A stretch of DNA of 64,000 nt from Escherichia coli (GTDB lineage: Bacteria > Pseudomonadota > Gammaproteobacteria > Enterobacterales > Enterobacteriaceae), in NCBI RefSeq assembly GCF_003790525.1, contig NZ_CP033635.1; one strand, written 5' to 3'. The notes below the pieces were generated by a model that worked only from the letters and a program-made list of their open reading frames with translations, was not told the origin of the DNA and did no database searches. This document shows, in pieces, positions 28,375-40,353 of the stretch. Made by a program: the position numbers and the translations under genes. The stretch's first letter is position 1. The number at the start of each line of letters is the position of its first letter.

Positions 28375-29658
28375 TCACCGTTTGTAATCGATGGCTTCCG
28401 GCTGCTCCAGATACACGGTGGTTTGTGCCGGTTTCGTGCTGGCAATCACCTTACCACCACGTACCGAATAGCGTACCGGAACCTGACGGCGCAGCGCGTC
28501 AAACCCATTTTCAGCCGGTAGGATAATCAGGTTAGCGCTTTTTCCGGCGGCAATGCCGTAATCCTGCAAATTCAACGTCCTGGCACTGTGGTGGGTGATT
28601 AAATTCAGGCCATCGTTAATCTGCCCGTAGCCCATCAGCTGGCAAACATGCAGCCCCATATGCAGCACTTGCAGCATATTCGCCGTTCCCAGCGGATACC
28701 ACGGATCGAAGACATCATCGTGACCAAAGCAGACGTTAATGCCGGACTCCAGCATCTCTTTAACGCGCGTGATGCCGCGACGTTTTGGATACGTATCGAA
28801 ACGCCCTTGCAGATGAATATTGACCAGCGGGTTGGCGACAAAGTTAATACCGGACATTTTCAGCAAGCGGAACAGGCGCGAGGTATACGCCCCGTTATAG
28901 GAGTGCATTGCCGTAGTGTGGCTGGCGGTGACTCGCGCGCCCATGCCTTCACGGTGCGCCAGGGCGGCAACGGTTTCAACAAAGCGCGACTGTTCGTCAT
29001 CAATCTCATCACAGTGAACATCGATGAGACGGTCGTATTTTTGCGCCAGGGCGAAGGTTTTATGCAGCGACTCCACGCCATATTCACGGGTAAATTCAAA
29101 ATGCGGAATCGCCCCCACTACGTCTGCCCCTAAGCGTAACGCCTCTTCCAGCAACGCTTCACCGTTGGGATACGACAAAATCCCTTCCTGCGGGAAGGCG
29201 ACGATTTGCAGATCAATCCACGGCGCAACTTCCTGTTTCACTTCCAGCATCGCTTTCAACGCAGTCAGCGTTGCGTCGGAGACATCGACATGGGTACGCA
29301 CATGCTGAATGCCGTTGGCAATCTGCCATTTCAGCGTTTGCCAGGCGCGTTGTTTCACATCGTCATGGGTTAATAACGCTTTGCGCTCGGCCCAGCGTTC
29401 AATGCCTTCAAACAGCGTGCCGGACTGATTCCAGTTCGGTTGTCCGGCGGTTTGCGTGGTGTCCAGGTGAATATGCGGCTCCACAAACGGCGGTATAACT
29501 AAACCTTGTTCGGCATCCAGGCTGTTTTCAGTTATGGGCATCACGCCGGATTGCGCATCAATGGCGCTGATTTTTCCGTCCTGCAGATAAATCTGCCACA
29601 GCCCCTCTTTGCCAGGTAACCGGGCGTTAATAATTGTTTGTAAAGCGTTATTCGACAC
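28375..29658 (-). CDS. codA: cytosine deaminase (amidohydrolase superfamily)
   Basis: ORF trimmed to GTG start [16 protein letters not shown] (427 aa); HIHLDTTQT metal-binding motif. Confidence 0.92.
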   Translation of the reverse strand: MSNNALQTIINARLPGKEGLWQIYLQDGKISAIDAQSGVMPITENSLDAEQGLVIPPFVEPHIHLDTTQTAGQPNWNQSGTLFEGIERWAERKALLTHDDVKQRAWQTLKWQIANGIQHVRTHVDVSDATLTALKAMLEVKQEVAPWIDLQIVAFPQEGILSYPNGEALLEEALRLGADVVGAIPHFEFTREYGVESLHKTFALAQKYDRLIDVHCDEIDDEQSRFVETVAALAHREGMGARVTASHTTAMHSYNGAYTSRLFRLLKMSGINFVANPLVNIHLQGRFDTYPKRRGITRVKEMLESGINVCFGHDDVFDPWYPLGTANMLQVLHMGLHVCQLMGYGQINDGLNLITHHSARTLNLQDYGIAAGKSANLIILPAENGFDALRRQVPVRYSVRGGKVIASTKPAQTTVYLEQPEAIDYKR

Positions 29659-30907
29659 TGTTAGCCTCCACATGCGTCATTGCTGCTGTCGTTTTACGAT
29701 TCAAAATCGGGTTAAGGATCAGATAGCTCAGCGCGCCACCTAATACCGCGTTGACCGGAACAATTCCCGGTAACCAGTGGCCTGCGGCAATCCCCAAGGC
29801 GACCGCCAGAATCGCCACCCAATTGACACTCATCATACGCGTGGTCGCAAAGTGCTCATAGCGGCGACGGTTCATCAGATAGTCAGCGATGATCACGCCC
29901 CCTACCGGAGGAATAGCTGCCGAAAGGAAGGTCAGCCAGCCGACAAAATTGTTATACAGCCATAATGCGCAGACCGTACCGATAATACCGTTGATTACCG
30001 AAAGGGTTTTGCTCGACATCCCGGTAATGTTGGCGAAACCTAAGCCCGACGCATAGAGCGCGTTATCGTTGGTGGTCCAGATATTCAGCCCCAGCACCAC
30101 AATCGCAGGCAGCAGCAGACCCTGAGCAATCATCACATCAGAGATATCCGCCATCCCCAGTGCCGCCGCGCCCGCTGCACCGAAAATAAACATCAACGAG
30201 TTGCCGAGGAAAAAGGCCACCATCGCCACCAGCACCGCCAGTTTGGCATTACGACCAAACCGGACAAAGTCAGCGGTGAGCGTGCCCGCACTGATAAATG
30301 ACCCCACAACCAGCGCCAGCGCGACATTGAAATCTAACGGTTGTGCGGGAACGACCGCTTTTAATGCGTCCAGGCCGCCCATGCCGTTAACGGCCAACCA
30401 CACGGAATAACCGCCAAGACAGGCGATAGCCGGAACTGCAATCACCGAAAGAACCGTCAGCGCCGAAATGCCAAAGAAGACGGTTACGGTCATCAGTAAA
30501 CCGGAAACGGCAATCAGCAAATTAATATCCAGCCCAGTTGCCTTGCCCACCGGAATAGCAAACATCGCCACGCCAACGCCAAACCAGCCAACCTGAGTTC
30601 CGCCCAGTAGCAGTGAAGGCAGCCATGAGCCTTTAACACCAAAAGAGAAGCGAGCAAGAAGATGAGTGGTCAGGCCGGTTTTTGCGCCAATGTAACCAAG
30701 AAATGAAGTGTAAATACCGAGGAGAAGATTACCGATGAGGACTGCGAGGAAGAAATCATGATAGCTAAGACCGGTTCCGAGAGTGCCGCCGGTCCACATA
30801 CTGGCGGAAAAGAAGGTTAATCCCAGCATGACGAACGTCAATGCCAATACCCCTTTCCGCGCCGACTGCGGGACTGGCCCCTGGCTAAAGTTGTTATCTT
30901 GCGACAC
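29648..30907 (-). CDS. codB: cytosine permease (NCS1 family)
   Basis: 419 aa [33 protein letters not shown]; overlaps codA start by 11 nt. Confidence 0.92.
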   Translation of the reverse strand: MSQDNNFSQGPVPQSARKGVLALTFVMLGLTFFSASMWTGGTLGTGLSYHDFFLAVLIGNLLLGIYTSFLGYIGAKTGLTTHLLARFSFGVKGSWLPSLLLGGTQVGWFGVGVAMFAIPVGKATGLDINLLIAVSGLLMTVTVFFGISALTVLSVIAVPAIACLGGYSVWLAVNGMGGLDALKAVVPAQPLDFNVALALVVGSFISAGTLTADFVRFGRNAKLAVLVAMVAFFLGNSLMFIFGAAGAAALGMADISDVMIAQGLLLPAIVVLGLNIWTTNDNALYASGLGFANITGMSSKTLSVINGIIGTVCALWLYNNFVGWLTFLSAAIPPVGGVIIADYLMNRRRYEHFATTRMMSVNWVAILAVALGIAAGHWLPGIVPVNAVLGGALSYLILNPILNRKTTAAMTHVEANSVE

Positions 30908-31059
30908 GAAATTCCCCCTTTTTGCTGTTTGAAACCCAAAAAATCCGCCGCATTCTATTCATCTGAAGATAAAAAGCAATCGTTTTCGTAGGGGAATATA
31001 TTTTTTATATGAATGAGTGCAAAAAGGTGGGGGAAAAATTATCGGTGTAAAAACAGTGG

Positions 31060-31142
31060 GTAGGCATAATAAGACGCGGTAAGCGTCGCATCAGGCATCG
31101 GCGCATGGTGTCGGATGCGCCAGGCGACGCATCCGACAATAA
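31060..31142. repeat. REP/BIME cluster between prpE stop and codB promoter
   Basis: gtaggcataataagacgcggtaagcgtcgcatcaggcatcggcgcatggtgtcggatgcgccaggcgacgcatccgaca; related to units at 9079-9125 and 24816-24848. Confidence 0.6.
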
Positions 31143-31143
31143 C

Positions 31144-33030
31144 CTACTCTTCCATCGCCTGGCGGATCTGATCCAACGACGCAGGATCATCAATGGTCGT
31201 CAGATCCCCAGGATCGCGTCCTTCGCAAATCGCCTGGATCGTGCGGCGCAGCATTTTTCCGGATCGCGTTTTCGGCAATTGCGAGACAAACCAGACGTGC
31301 GCCGGGCGGCCAAAGTTGCCAATCTGGCTGTCCACCAGCGCCATAATCGCCTTCTCTTGCGAATGCGCCACCTCACGATCTTCCAGACTGTCGCTCTCTT
31401 TCGGAATGACAAACGCCACCGCCACCTGCCCTTTCAGCGCATCTTTCACCCCAACCACCGCCACTTCGGCAACGCCCGGATGACTGGAGATACTCTCTTC
31501 AATCTCGCGCGTCCCCAGCCGATGCCCGGCAACGTTAATCACATCATCAGTACGCCCCAGGATAAAGTGATAGCCGTCAGCATCGCGGATGCCCCAGTCA
31601 AAAGTGGCGTACACCGGACGGGAAAACAGCGACCAGTACGTCTTCACAAAGCGGTCGTCGTCGCCCCAGATGGTCTGAATACAGCCTGGCGGCAATGGCC
31701 CCTCCACCACCAGCATCCCTTTCTCATTGACGCCACACGGTTCGCCGGTGACTTCATTAAGCAACTGCACGTTATAGCCATACATCGGCACGCCGGGGCT
31801 TCCCAGACGCGTCGGCCTGTCGTCCAGACCGCGAGCAATCGCCATAATCGGCCAGCCGGATTCGGTCTGCCAGTAGTTGTCGATGACCGGCACATCCAGC
31901 GTATTGCTCACCCAACTGGCGGTCGGCTCGTCCAGCGGTTCTCCAGCCAGATAGAGCACTTCCAGCGACGAGAGATCGTGTTTGCGAATTTCAGCGGTAG
32001 GGAATTTTTTCAGCACGCGAATGGCGGTCGGCGCTGAGAACATCCGACTAACCTGATATTTCTCGACGATTTTCCACCACACGCCGCAGTCCGGCCAGGT
32101 CGGTAATCCTTCGTAAACGATAGTCGCCATCCCCGCCAGCAGCGGCGCGTAGACGATATACGAATGCCCCACCACCCAGCCGATATCCGACGCACAGAAG
32201 AACACACCGCCCGCTTTGCCGCCAAAAATGGTGTCCATCGAGGTCGCCAGCGCCACCGCATATCCGCCAACGTCACGTTGCACGCCTTTAGGTTTGCCGG
32301 TCGTGCCGGAGGTGTAGAGAATGCAGGAGGTTTCGTTGGATTCCAGCCACGCCACCGGTACCCGCGCGCCGATGTGTTGATGGCGCAATGACGCGAAATC
32401 GACATCCCGTCCGGTAACGCGCGCCATTTTCGCCAGCCCGCGATCCACCAGTAAAACGTGGCGCGGCTGATGATGCGCCTGGCTTATCGCATCGTCGAGC
32501 AATTTTTTATACGGAATAATTTTGCCACCGCGCGCTCCGGCATCAGCCGAGACAATCAGCACCGGTTTAGCATCATCAATTCGCGCCGCCACGCTGTGCG
32601 AGGCAAATCCACCAAACACCACCGAGTGAATAGCGCCAATGCGCGCGCAGGCCAGCAGAGTAATATGCGCTTCGGCAATCATCGGCATATACACCAGCAC
32701 CCGATCGCCACGCCGTACGCCCAGTGAGCGCAGCATTGACGCCACTGCGTTCACTTCGTCATGCAGCTGACGAAAGGTAAAGGTGCGCTCTTCTTCTGTT
32801 TCCGAAGAGACGGCAATCAGCGCCAGCGCCTCTGGCTGTTTCTCCAGCCAGCGGTCGATAGCGTTGTGACACAAGTTGGTTCGGCCTTCACAAAACCAAC
32901 GGGCAAACGGCGGATTGCTGTGATCAAGCGTTTGCGTAAAGGGCGTCTGCCAGTCAATACGCCGGGCCTGCTCGGCCCAGAACTTCTCCGGTTCGTTAAT
33001 CGAACGCTGATAAAATTCGCTAAAAGACAT
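31144..33030 (-). CDS. prpE: propionyl-CoA synthetase
   Basis: 628 aa; AMP-binding signature YTSGTTGKPKG. Confidence 0.92.
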   Translation of the reverse strand: MSFSEFYQRSINEPEKFWAEQARRIDWQTPFTQTLDHSNPPFARWFCEGRTNLCHNAIDRWLEKQPEALALIAVSSETEEERTFTFRQLHDEVNAVASMLRSLGVRRGDRVLVYMPMIAEAHITLLACARIGAIHSVVFGGFASHSVAARIDDAKPVLIVSADAGARGGKIIPYKKLLDDAISQAHHQPRHVLLVDRGLAKMARVTGRDVDFASLRHQHIGARVPVAWLESNETSCILYTSGTTGKPKGVQRDVGGYAVALATSMDTIFGGKAGGVFFCASDIGWVVGHSYIVYAPLLAGMATIVYEGLPTWPDCGVWWKIVEKYQVSRMFSAPTAIRVLKKFPTAEIRKHDLSSLEVLYLAGEPLDEPTASWVSNTLDVPVIDNYWQTESGWPIMAIARGLDDRPTRLGSPGVPMYGYNVQLLNEVTGEPCGVNEKGMLVVEGPLPPGCIQTIWGDDDRFVKTYWSLFSRPVYATFDWGIRDADGYHFILGRTDDVINVAGHRLGTREIEESISSHPGVAEVAVVGVKDALKGQVAVAFVIPKESDSLEDREVAHSQEKAIMALVDSQIGNFGRPAHVWFVSQLPKTRSGKMLRRTIQAICEGRDPGDLTTIDDPASLDQIRQAMEE

Positions 33031-33069
33031 AATGCTCTCCTGTTGAACTTACGCCTTACCGCTGTTTGC

Positions 33070-34521
33070 TTAAATGACGTACAGGTCGAGATACTCATTG
33101 ACCGGCATCTGTTCCAGGCGAGCTCTGTCGAGAGAAACCTCCAGAATGCGCTGCTGTTGGCGAGTCGGGAACTGGCGCGCGAGATTGATTTTGAATTTAT
33201 CGACCAGCTTCGGAATTCCATCCTGACGGCGGCGAGCATGACCAATTGGGTACTCCACCACCTCTTCTTCAAAGCGCGTGCCGTCGGTGAACTCAAGGGT
33301 TATGGCATTGGCGATGGCGCGTTTTTCCGGGTCGTGGTAGTCAGCGGTAAACGCCGGATCTTCAAAGCAATTGATCTTCTCGCGCAGGGCGTCGATGCGT
33401 TTATCTTGCGCAACGTTGTCCTCGTAATCTGCCGCCGTTAAGCGCCCGAACAGCAGCGGGATCGCCACCATGTACTGAATGCAGTGGTCGCGGTCAGCCG
33501 GGTTATTGAGCGGCCCTTTTTTGTCGATGATGCGAATACAGGCTTCGTGGGTGCGAATGGTCACTTTTTCGATATCCGCCGCCGTTTTGCCTGCTGCCTG
33601 CATCTGTTCATAGAGCGTCATCGCCGCTTCAACTGCCGTCTGGGAGTGGAACTCCGCCGGGAAGGAGATTTTGAACAGCACATTCTCCATGACGTAAGAA
33701 CCGTACGGGCGCTGGAAGCGGAACGATTCACCTTTAAAGGAGACGTCGTAGAAACCCCACACAGGCGCAGTCAGGGCTGACGGGTAGCCCATTTCGCCCG
33801 TTTTCGCCATCAGTGCCAGACGTACCGCGCGGGACGTGGCATCGCCCGCCGCCCAGGATTTACGCGTGCCGGTGTTCGGCGCATGGCGATAGGTGCGCAG
33901 CGACTGACCGTCCACCCACGCCAGCGAAACAGCGTTGAGGATTTCATCACGGGTCAGGCCAAGCATTTCGGCGACCACGGCGGTGGAAGCCACTTTCACT
34001 AACAGAACGTGGTCAAGGCCGACGCGATTAAAGGAGTTTTCCAGCGCGATGCAGCCCTGAATTTCATGGGCTTTAATCATTGCGGTCAGCACCTGTTTCA
34101 TGGTCAACGGCGCTTTGCCGCTGGCGACCGCGTTGCGCGAAAGCCAGTCCGCCGTTGCCAGAATGCCGCCGAGGTTGTCGGAAGGATGGCCCCACTCCGC
34201 CGCCAGCCAGGTATCGTTGAAATCGAGCCAACGGATCATCGCGCCGATGTTAAATGCCGCCTGGACGGGGTCGAGCTGGAACTGAGTTCCGGGGACGCGC
34301 ACGCCGTTAGGTACGACGGTGCCGGGGACAATTGGCCCCAGCAGTTTTTTACAGGCTGGGTATTCGAGAGCTTCAAGACCGCAGCCGAGCGTGTCGAGCA
34401 GGCAGTAATGTGCAGTGTCGTAGGCTACTCTGGAGCTGATTTCGTAGTTCATCACGTAATCGACGATATCAACGATTTCACGATCAAATTCCGGGCGGAT
34501 GTTGTTGATTTGAGCTGACAT
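33070..34521 (-). CDS. prpD: 2-methylcitrate dehydratase
   Basis: 483-aa MmgE/PrpD-family ORF in prpBCDE order. Confidence 0.92.
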   Translation of the reverse strand: MSAQINNIRPEFDREIVDIVDYVMNYEISSRVAYDTAHYCLLDTLGCGLEALEYPACKKLLGPIVPGTVVPNGVRVPGTQFQLDPVQAAFNIGAMIRWLDFNDTWLAAEWGHPSDNLGGILATADWLSRNAVASGKAPLTMKQVLTAMIKAHEIQGCIALENSFNRVGLDHVLLVKVASTAVVAEMLGLTRDEILNAVSLAWVDGQSLRTYRHAPNTGTRKSWAAGDATSRAVRLALMAKTGEMGYPSALTAPVWGFYDVSFKGESFRFQRPYGSYVMENVLFKISFPAEFHSQTAVEAAMTLYEQMQAAGKTAADIEKVTIRTHEACIRIIDKKGPLNNPADRDHCIQYMVAIPLLFGRLTAADYEDNVAQDKRIDALREKINCFEDPAFTADYHDPEKRAIANAITLEFTDGTRFEEEVVEYPIGHARRRQDGIPKLVDKFKINLARQFPTRQQQRILEVSLDRARLEQMPVNEYLDLYVI

Positions 34522-34554
34522 TGGGTACGTTTCCTTATTGTTATTCGTAGAGGT

Positions 34555-35724
34555 TTACTGGCGCTTATCCAGCGCGACAAACTGGCGGTCTTCCGGTCCA
34601 ACATAATTGGCGGAAGGACGGATAATTTTGTTGTCCTGACGTTGTTCGATAATGTGCGCCGCCCAGCCGGTGACGCGGGCGATAACAAACAGTGGTGTGA
34701 ACATCTCGGTGGGAACGCCCATCATTTTGTAGGAAACAGCGGAGAACCAGTCGAGATTGGGGAACATCTTTTTGCTCTCCCACATCACCGTTTCCAGGCG
34801 ATCGGCGATGTTGTACATCTTCAGCGAGCCGCCTTCCTGCGAGAGCTGCTTCGCCACGCGTTTGATCACCTGATGACGCGGGTCAGCGATGGTATAAACC
34901 GGATGTCCAAAACCAATCACCACTTCTTTGTTTTCCACGCGCTTGCGGATATCGGCTTCGGCTTCGTCCGGCGTTTCGTAACGTTGCTGGATCTCCAGCG
35001 ACACTTCATTCGCCCCGCCGTGTTTCGGCCCGCGCAGTGCGCCAATCGCGCCGATAATCGCTGAATACATGTCAGAGCCGGTGCCCGCAATCACCCGGCT
35101 GGTAAAGGTGGAGGCGTTAAACTCGTGTTCGGCGTACAGCACCAGCGAAATATGCATCGCCTTTTCCCAGCTTTGCGACGGCTTTTCACCATGCAGCAGA
35201 TGCAGGAAATGACCGCCTATAGAATCGTCATCGGTTTCCGGCTGGATGCGTTCGCCGTTGTGGCTGTAGTGATACCAGTAGAGAAGAATCGAGCTCAGCG
35301 ACGCCAACAGTTTGTCGGCAATATCACGCGCGCCGGAGACGGTATGCCCCTCTTTTTCTGGCAGCGTGCAGCCGAGCGCGGAAACGCCGGTGCGCATAAC
35401 ATCCATCGGGTGTGACGCCGCCGGTAAGGCTTCCAGCACGGTACGCACGTTAGCCGGTAAACCGCGCAGGGCTTTCAGTTTCGTTTTGTAGGCGGCGAGT
35501 TCGTCACGGGTCGGCAGTTTGCCGTGGATCAGCAGATGCGCTACTTCTTCAAATTCGCAATGTTCCGCCAGATCAAGAATGTCGTAGCCGCGGTAATGCA
35601 AATCATTGCCGCTTTTACCCACGGTGCAGAGCGCTGTATTGCCCGCCGGAACGCCAGAAAGCGCCACCGATTTTTTCGGTTTAATGACATGGGTACTGTT
35701 TTGCAGGATCGTTGTGTCGCTCAT
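34555..35724 (-). CDS. prpC: 2-methylcitrate synthase
   Basis: 389 aa citrate-synthase-like. Confidence 0.92.
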   Translation of the reverse strand: MSDTTILQNSTHVIKPKKSVALSGVPAGNTALCTVGKSGNDLHYRGYDILDLAEHCEFEEVAHLLIHGKLPTRDELAAYKTKLKALRGLPANVRTVLEALPAASHPMDVMRTGVSALGCTLPEKEGHTVSGARDIADKLLASLSSILLYWYHYSHNGERIQPETDDDSIGGHFLHLLHGEKPSQSWEKAMHISLVLYAEHEFNASTFTSRVIAGTGSDMYSAIIGAIGALRGPKHGGANEVSLEIQQRYETPDEAEADIRKRVENKEVVIGFGHPVYTIADPRHQVIKRVAKQLSQEGGSLKMYNIADRLETVMWESKKMFPNLDWFSAVSYKMMGVPTEMFTPLFVIARVTGWAAHIIEQRQDNKIIRPSANYVGPEDRQFVALDKRQ

Positions 35725-35768
35725 GTTGTCCTCGTCATTTGTAGGGTCGAGATATTTTTCGTTGTGTT

Positions 35769-36659
35769 TTATTTCGCCTGGTTACGGGCAAACAGGTCGT
35801 CGAGCTTCTCTTCGTACTGGTAGTAGTTGATGCTTTCGTACAGCTCGTTGCGGGTCTGCATGGTGTCGATGACGCTTTTCTGCGTGCCTTCCTGACGCAG
35901 GACGTTGTAGACATGTTCGGCGGCGCGGTTCATGGCACGGAACGCTGAAAGTGGGTACAGCGCCATTGCGACATGGGCGCTGCGTAATTCGTCGGTGGTA
36001 AACAGCGGTGTTGCGCCAAATTCGGTAATGTTGGCGAGGATTGGCACCTGCACCGCATCAGCAAACTGGCGGTACATGGCGAGTTCGGTAATCGCCTCCG
36101 GGAACAACATCTCGGCACCCGCTTCAACATAGGCCTGCGCGCGCTCGATCGCGGCGTCCAGCCCCTCTACCGCCAGCGCATCGGTGCGCGCCATGATCAC
36201 AAAATCAGGATCGGTTTTCGCATCCACCGCCGCGCGGATCCGATCCACCATCTCCTCTTTCGAGACGATCGCTTTGTTCGGACGATGACCGCAGCGTTTC
36301 GCACCAACCTGATCTTCAATATGCAATCCTGCCGCACCGGCTTTAATCATCGATTTCACGGTGCGCGCCACGTTAAAGGCCGAAGAACCAAAACCGATAT
36401 CCGCATCCACCAGCAGCGGCAGCGAACAAACGTCGGTAATACGGCGAATGTCAGTCAGCACATCATCAAGAGTAGAAATACCGAGATCGGGCAGCCCCAG
36501 CGATCCTGCCGCCACGCCACCGCCGGAGAGATAAATCGCCTGATATCCGGCACGCTGCGCCAGCAGCGCATGGTTAGCGTTGATGGTGCCAACAATTTGC
36601 AACGGGGTTTCTTTGCTAAGTGCAGCGCGAAACGCTTTACCTGGAGAGTGTAGAGACAT
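35769..36659 (-). CDS. prpB: 2-methylisocitrate lyase
   Basis: 296 aa; isocitrate lyase/PEP mutase family. Confidence 0.92.
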   Translation of the reverse strand: MSLHSPGKAFRAALSKETPLQIVGTINANHALLAQRAGYQAIYLSGGGVAAGSLGLPDLGISTLDDVLTDIRRITDVCSLPLLVDADIGFGSSAFNVARTVKSMIKAGAAGLHIEDQVGAKRCGHRPNKAIVSKEEMVDRIRAAVDAKTDPDFVIMARTDALAVEGLDAAIERAQAYVEAGAEMLFPEAITELAMYRQFADAVQVPILANITEFGATPLFTTDELRSAHVAMALYPLSAFRAMNRAAEHVYNVLRQEGTQKSVIDTMQTRNELYESINYYQYEEKLDDLFARNQAK

Positions 36660-36706
36660 AGCCCATCCTTTGTTATCAACTTGTTATTTGCGTTGATAAA
36701 GACAAA

Positions 36707-36723
36707 GCAATGAGTGTGCCACA
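36707..36723 (-). promoter_or_regulatory. sigma-54 (-24/-12) promoter of prpBCDE
   Basis: minus strand reads TGTGGCACactcaTTGC (GG-N10-GC), about 50 bp upstream of prpB start. Confidence 0.7.
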
Positions 36724-36831
36724 ATTGCCTTAATAAAATTAAACATTTAATTTCAATGAGTTAAAGATAAAGTCATGAAGTAATCCGCAAATATGCGTTT
36801 CAGTTAACGTTTCAGGCAATGTTTCACCGCG

Positions 36832-36855
36832 TTTCATTGCAACAATTATGAAACA
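36832..36855. promoter_or_regulatory. candidate PrpR enhancer palindrome
   Basis: GTTTCAT-tgcaacaatt-ATGAAAC, preceded by additional gtttca repeats at 36795-36830. Confidence 0.45.
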
Positions 36856-36897
36856 AGACTAAACCCAATATTCGGTTTCTTAACTTTGCGGTGCGCT

Positions 36898-38484
36898 ATG
36901 GCACATCCACCACGGCTGAATGACGACAAACCGGTTATCTGGACAGTATCGGTGACGCGCCTGTTCGAGCTGTTTCGCGATATCAGCCTCGAGTTTGATC
37001 ACCTGGCGAATATCACCCCTATTCAGCTTGGCTTTGAAAAAGCGGTGACCTACATCCGCAAGAAACTGGCAAACGAACGCTGCGATGCCATCATCGCTGC
37101 TGGCTCTAACGGCGCGTACCTGAAAAGCCGCCTGTCAGTGCCAGTTATTTTGATTAAACCGAGCGGCTACGATGTATTACAGGCACTGGCAAAAGCCGGA
37201 AAACTCACCTCTTCTATCGGCGTTGTCACTTATCAGGAAACTATTCCGGCACTGGTGGCGTTTCAAAAAACCTTTAATTTGCGCCTCGACCAACGTAGCT
37301 ACATTACCGAAGAAGACGCGCGCGGGCAGATTAACGAGCTGAAAGCTAACGGCACCGAAGCGGTGGTCGGCGCGGGGCTGATTACCGATCTGGCAGAAGA
37401 AGCCGGAATGACCGGAATTTTTATCTATTCCGCCGCCACCGTACGCCAGGCATTCAGCGATGCGCTGGATATGACGCGCATGTCGTTACGCCATAACACT
37501 CACGATGCCACCCGCAACGCCCTGCGTACTCGTTACGTGCTGGGCGATATGCTCGGTCAATCACCACAGATGGAACAGGTACGGCAGACTATTTTGCTGT
37601 ATGCCCGCTCCAGTGCGGCGGTGTTGATTGAGGGGGAAACGGGGACGGGCAAAGAGCTGGCGGCCCAGGCGATTCATCGGGAATATTTTGCCCGCCACGA
37701 TGCGCGACAGGGCAAAAAGTCGCATCCGTTTGTTGCCGTCAACTGCGGGGCGATTGCTGAATCTCTGCTGGAAGCGGAGCTGTTTGGCTATGAGGAAGGA
37801 GCGTTTACCGGCTCGCGACGTGGAGGTCGCGCCGGGCTGTTCGAAATTGCCCACGGCGGTACGCTGTTTCTGGATGAGATTGGCGAAATGCCGCTACCTT
37901 TGCAGACTCGCCTGTTACGGGTGCTGGAAGAAAAAGAGGTCACCCGCGTCGGCGGGCATCAGCCTGTTCCGGTGGATGTGCGAGTCATTAGCGCCACTCA
38001 CTGCAATCTGGAAGAAGATATGCGGCAAGGGGAGTTTCGCCGTGATCTGTTTTATCGGCTGAGTATTTTGCGTCTGCAATTGCCACCACTGCGCGAGCGG
38101 GTGACGGATATTCTGCCGCTGGCGGAAAGCTTTTTGAAAGTGTCTCTGGCGGCGCTCTCCGCCCCGTTTTCTGCCGCATTACGCCAGGGGTTACAGGCAA
38201 GCGAAACCGTGCTGGTGCACTACGACTGGCCGGGCAATATTCGTGAACTGCGCAATATGATGGAGCGACTGGCGCTGTTTTTAAGTGTGGAACCGACGCC
38301 GGATTTAACGCCGCAATTTTTGCAGCTGCTACTGCCGGAACTGGCGCGCGAGTCGGCGAAAACTCCCGCTCCACGCTTACTGACACCACAACAGGCACTG
38401 GAGAAATTTAATGGCGATAAAACAGCAGCGGCGAATTATTTAGGTATCAGCCGGACGACGTTCTGGCGGCGGCTGAAAAGCTGA
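36898..38484 (+). CDS. prpR: sigma-54-dependent transcriptional activator of prp operon
   Basis: ORF 36886-38484 trimmed to [15 protein letters not shown] (528 aa); AAA+ motifs [24 protein letters not shown]-terminal HTH. Confidence 0.9.
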   Translation: MAHPPRLNDDKPVIWTVSVTRLFELFRDISLEFDHLANITPIQLGFEKAVTYIRKKLANERCDAIIAAGSNGAYLKSRLSVPVILIKPSGYDVLQALAKAGKLTSSIGVVTYQETIPALVAFQKTFNLRLDQRSYITEEDARGQINELKANGTEAVVGAGLITDLAEEAGMTGIFIYSAATVRQAFSDALDMTRMSLRHNTHDATRNALRTRYVLGDMLGQSPQMEQVRQTILLYARSSAAVLIEGETGTGKELAAQAIHREYFARHDARQGKKSHPFVAVNCGAIAESLLEAELFGYEEGAFTGSRRGGRAGLFEIAHGGTLFLDEIGEMPLPLQTRLLRVLEEKEVTRVGGHQPVPVDVRVISATHCNLEEDMRQGEFRRDLFYRLSILRLQLPPLRERVTDILPLAESFLKVSLAALSAPFSAALRQGLQASETVLVHYDWPGNIRELRNMMERLALFLSVEPTPDLTPQFLQLLLPELARESAKTPAPRLLTPQQALEKFNGDKTAAANYLGISRTTFWRRLKS

Positions 38485-38522
38485 ACTGCCGAATGCAGCG
38501 CGAACGCTTTATCCGGCATAAA
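38485..38522. repeat. REP palindromic unit
   Basis: ctgccgaatgcagcgcgaacgctttatccggcat. Confidence 0.5.
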
Positions 38523-38584
38523 TTTCAATAGATGATGATCACCGATAAACTTACGCATCGGGGATGTTTACATAGGATTCAGAA

Positions 38585-38860
38585 TTACTTCTTCTTATAA
38601 ATATTTGCCGTGCCGTGGATCTTATTGTCAGTTTGACCGGAGGTCAGTACCAACACATCAGCCCCTTTTTCATCGGCTTTTTTGATCAAATCTTCTTTCG
38701 CATCTGCGGTCGACATTTCATTACTGGTTGAAATATCACCTATTTTTTCATATTGCGATGCAACCTTTTCAAATTCCGCTTTGGTCATTAATTCTGCGGC
38801 ATAGACATTGGTAACGGCAAACGCTAACGCACCGACTAACATTTTAGAGATTATTTTCAT
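38585..38860 (-). CDS. yahO: small periplasmic DUF1471 (YdgH/BhsA/McbA-like) protein
   Basis: 91 aa with signal peptide [21 protein letters not shown]. Confidence 0.8.
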   Translation of the reverse strand: MKIISKMLVGALAFAVTNVYAAELMTKAEFEKVASQYEKIGDISTSNEMSTADAKEDLIKKADEKGADVLVLTSGQTDNKIHGTANIYKKK

Positions 38861-39006
38861 ATTACGGCTCCAGAGTTGTTATCACACTATCACCCACCCA
38901 CATTATTGGGTTGATTAATAATTAGTTCAGTCAGGGCATAAACGCCAGTAACCGGAAATAAGACACTTTGTGATCTCTCTCGCACCCGATTATTTTTGGT
39001 AGAAAT

Positions 39007-39678
39007 ATGATGAAGTTACTTCACTTATTTATGGATGAAATCACTATGGATCCTTTGCACGCCGTTTACCTGACCGTAGGACTGTTCGTGATTACTTTTT
39101 TTAATCCGGGAGCCAATCTCTTTGTGGTAGTACAAACCAGCCTGGCTTCCGGTCGACGCGCAGGGGTGCTGACCGGGCTGGGCGTGGCGCTGGGCGATGC
39201 ATTTTATTCCGGGTTGGGTTTGTTTGGTCTTGCAACGCTAATTACGCAGTGTGAGGAGATTTTTTCGCTTATCAGAATCGTCGGCGGCGCTTATCTCTTA
39301 TGGTTTGCGTGGTGCAGCATGCGCCGCCAGTCAACACCGCAAATGAGCACACTACAACAACCGATTAACGCCCCCTGGTATGTCTTTTTTCGCCGCGGAT
39401 TAATTACCGATCTCTCTAACCCGCAAACCGTGTTATTTTTTATCAGTATTTTCTCAGTAACATTAAATGCCGAAACACCAACATGGGCACGTTTAATGGC
39501 CTGGGCGGGGATTGTGCTCGCATCAATTATCTGGCGAGTCTTTCTTAGTCAGGCGTTTTCTTTGCCCGCAGTGCGTCGTGCTTATGGGCGTATGCAACGC
39601 GTTGCCAGTCGGATTATTGGTGCAATTATTGGTGTATTCGCGCTACGCCTGATTTACGAAGGGGTGACGCAGCGGTGA
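39007..39678 (+). CDS. yahN: LysE/RhtB-family amino-acid exporter
   Basis: 223 aa, 6-TM hydrophobic profile. Confidence 0.8.
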   Translation: MMKLLHLFMDEITMDPLHAVYLTVGLFVITFFNPGANLFVVVQTSLASGRRAGVLTGLGVALGDAFYSGLGLFGLATLITQCEEIFSLIRIVGGAYLLWFAWCSMRRQSTPQMSTLQQPINAPWYVFFRRGLITDLSNPQTVLFFISIFSVTLNAETPTWARLMAWAGIVLASIIWRVFLSQAFSLPAVRRAYGRMQRVASRIIGAIIGVFALRLIYEGVTQR

Positions 39679-39694
39679 GCAGATAATTTACTCT

Positions 39695-39940
39695 CTACGT
39701 AATCAACCTGATTTGCCGGATCCCGACCATCGGCGATGATAGCCCCCGTAATGCGTGGTCCTTATTTCCGATAAGTTTACTTGAGTCTTTAGCTTCCCAT
39801 TTCAGCCCACTCTCCCCTGTGTGGGCTTTTTTCATTGCTCTGACCCGTCCTGAATAGCCAAACAATGGCAATGTTTCACTTTGCAGGGATGATAATAAGG
39901 GGATCTGATTCAGAAGAGTTATGAAAAGTTGGACCGCCAT
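39695..39940 (-). CDS. yahM: small uncharacterized protein (81 aa)
   Basis: ORF 39695-39970; internal start MAVQLFITLLNQ gives the 81-aa length I recall for yahM; weak evidence. Confidence 0.35.
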   Translation of the reverse strand: MAVQLFITLLNQIPLLSSLQSETLPLFGYSGRVRAMKKAHTGESGLKWEAKDSSKLIGNKDHALRGLSSPMVGIRQIRLIT

Positions 39941-40353
39941 CGAGGCCTCGAACCCCGTACCATACAACAATCCTGGTTGTCGTCTGCTCTTCCTGATGAG
40001 CTAATGGCGGTTTTTGATATGAGCCTTACAGCATATTTTCTGTCAGGCTTGAGTGCGATGCGTAAGATACAGAAAAGCCCCCACACAAACATGATGGAAT
40101 TATGATTTTTTTCATATGAATGTCAACCCACACATTCACAAAACATCTGCATGAGATCATTTTTTTATACACCGTATAGCTGCGAAACCACTGCTGATGC
40201 TTTTTTAAGCGAAGCGTCGCCGATCACAACAAAATATCGGCGAAAAAGGCGGTGGAATGCCATTTGGCATACGGATATACAGATGAAATGATCACCTGCT
40301 TTGCGATTCACTCTCTGGTGGAATAACAACTCGCAGGTGGAACCCTTTCTGAA

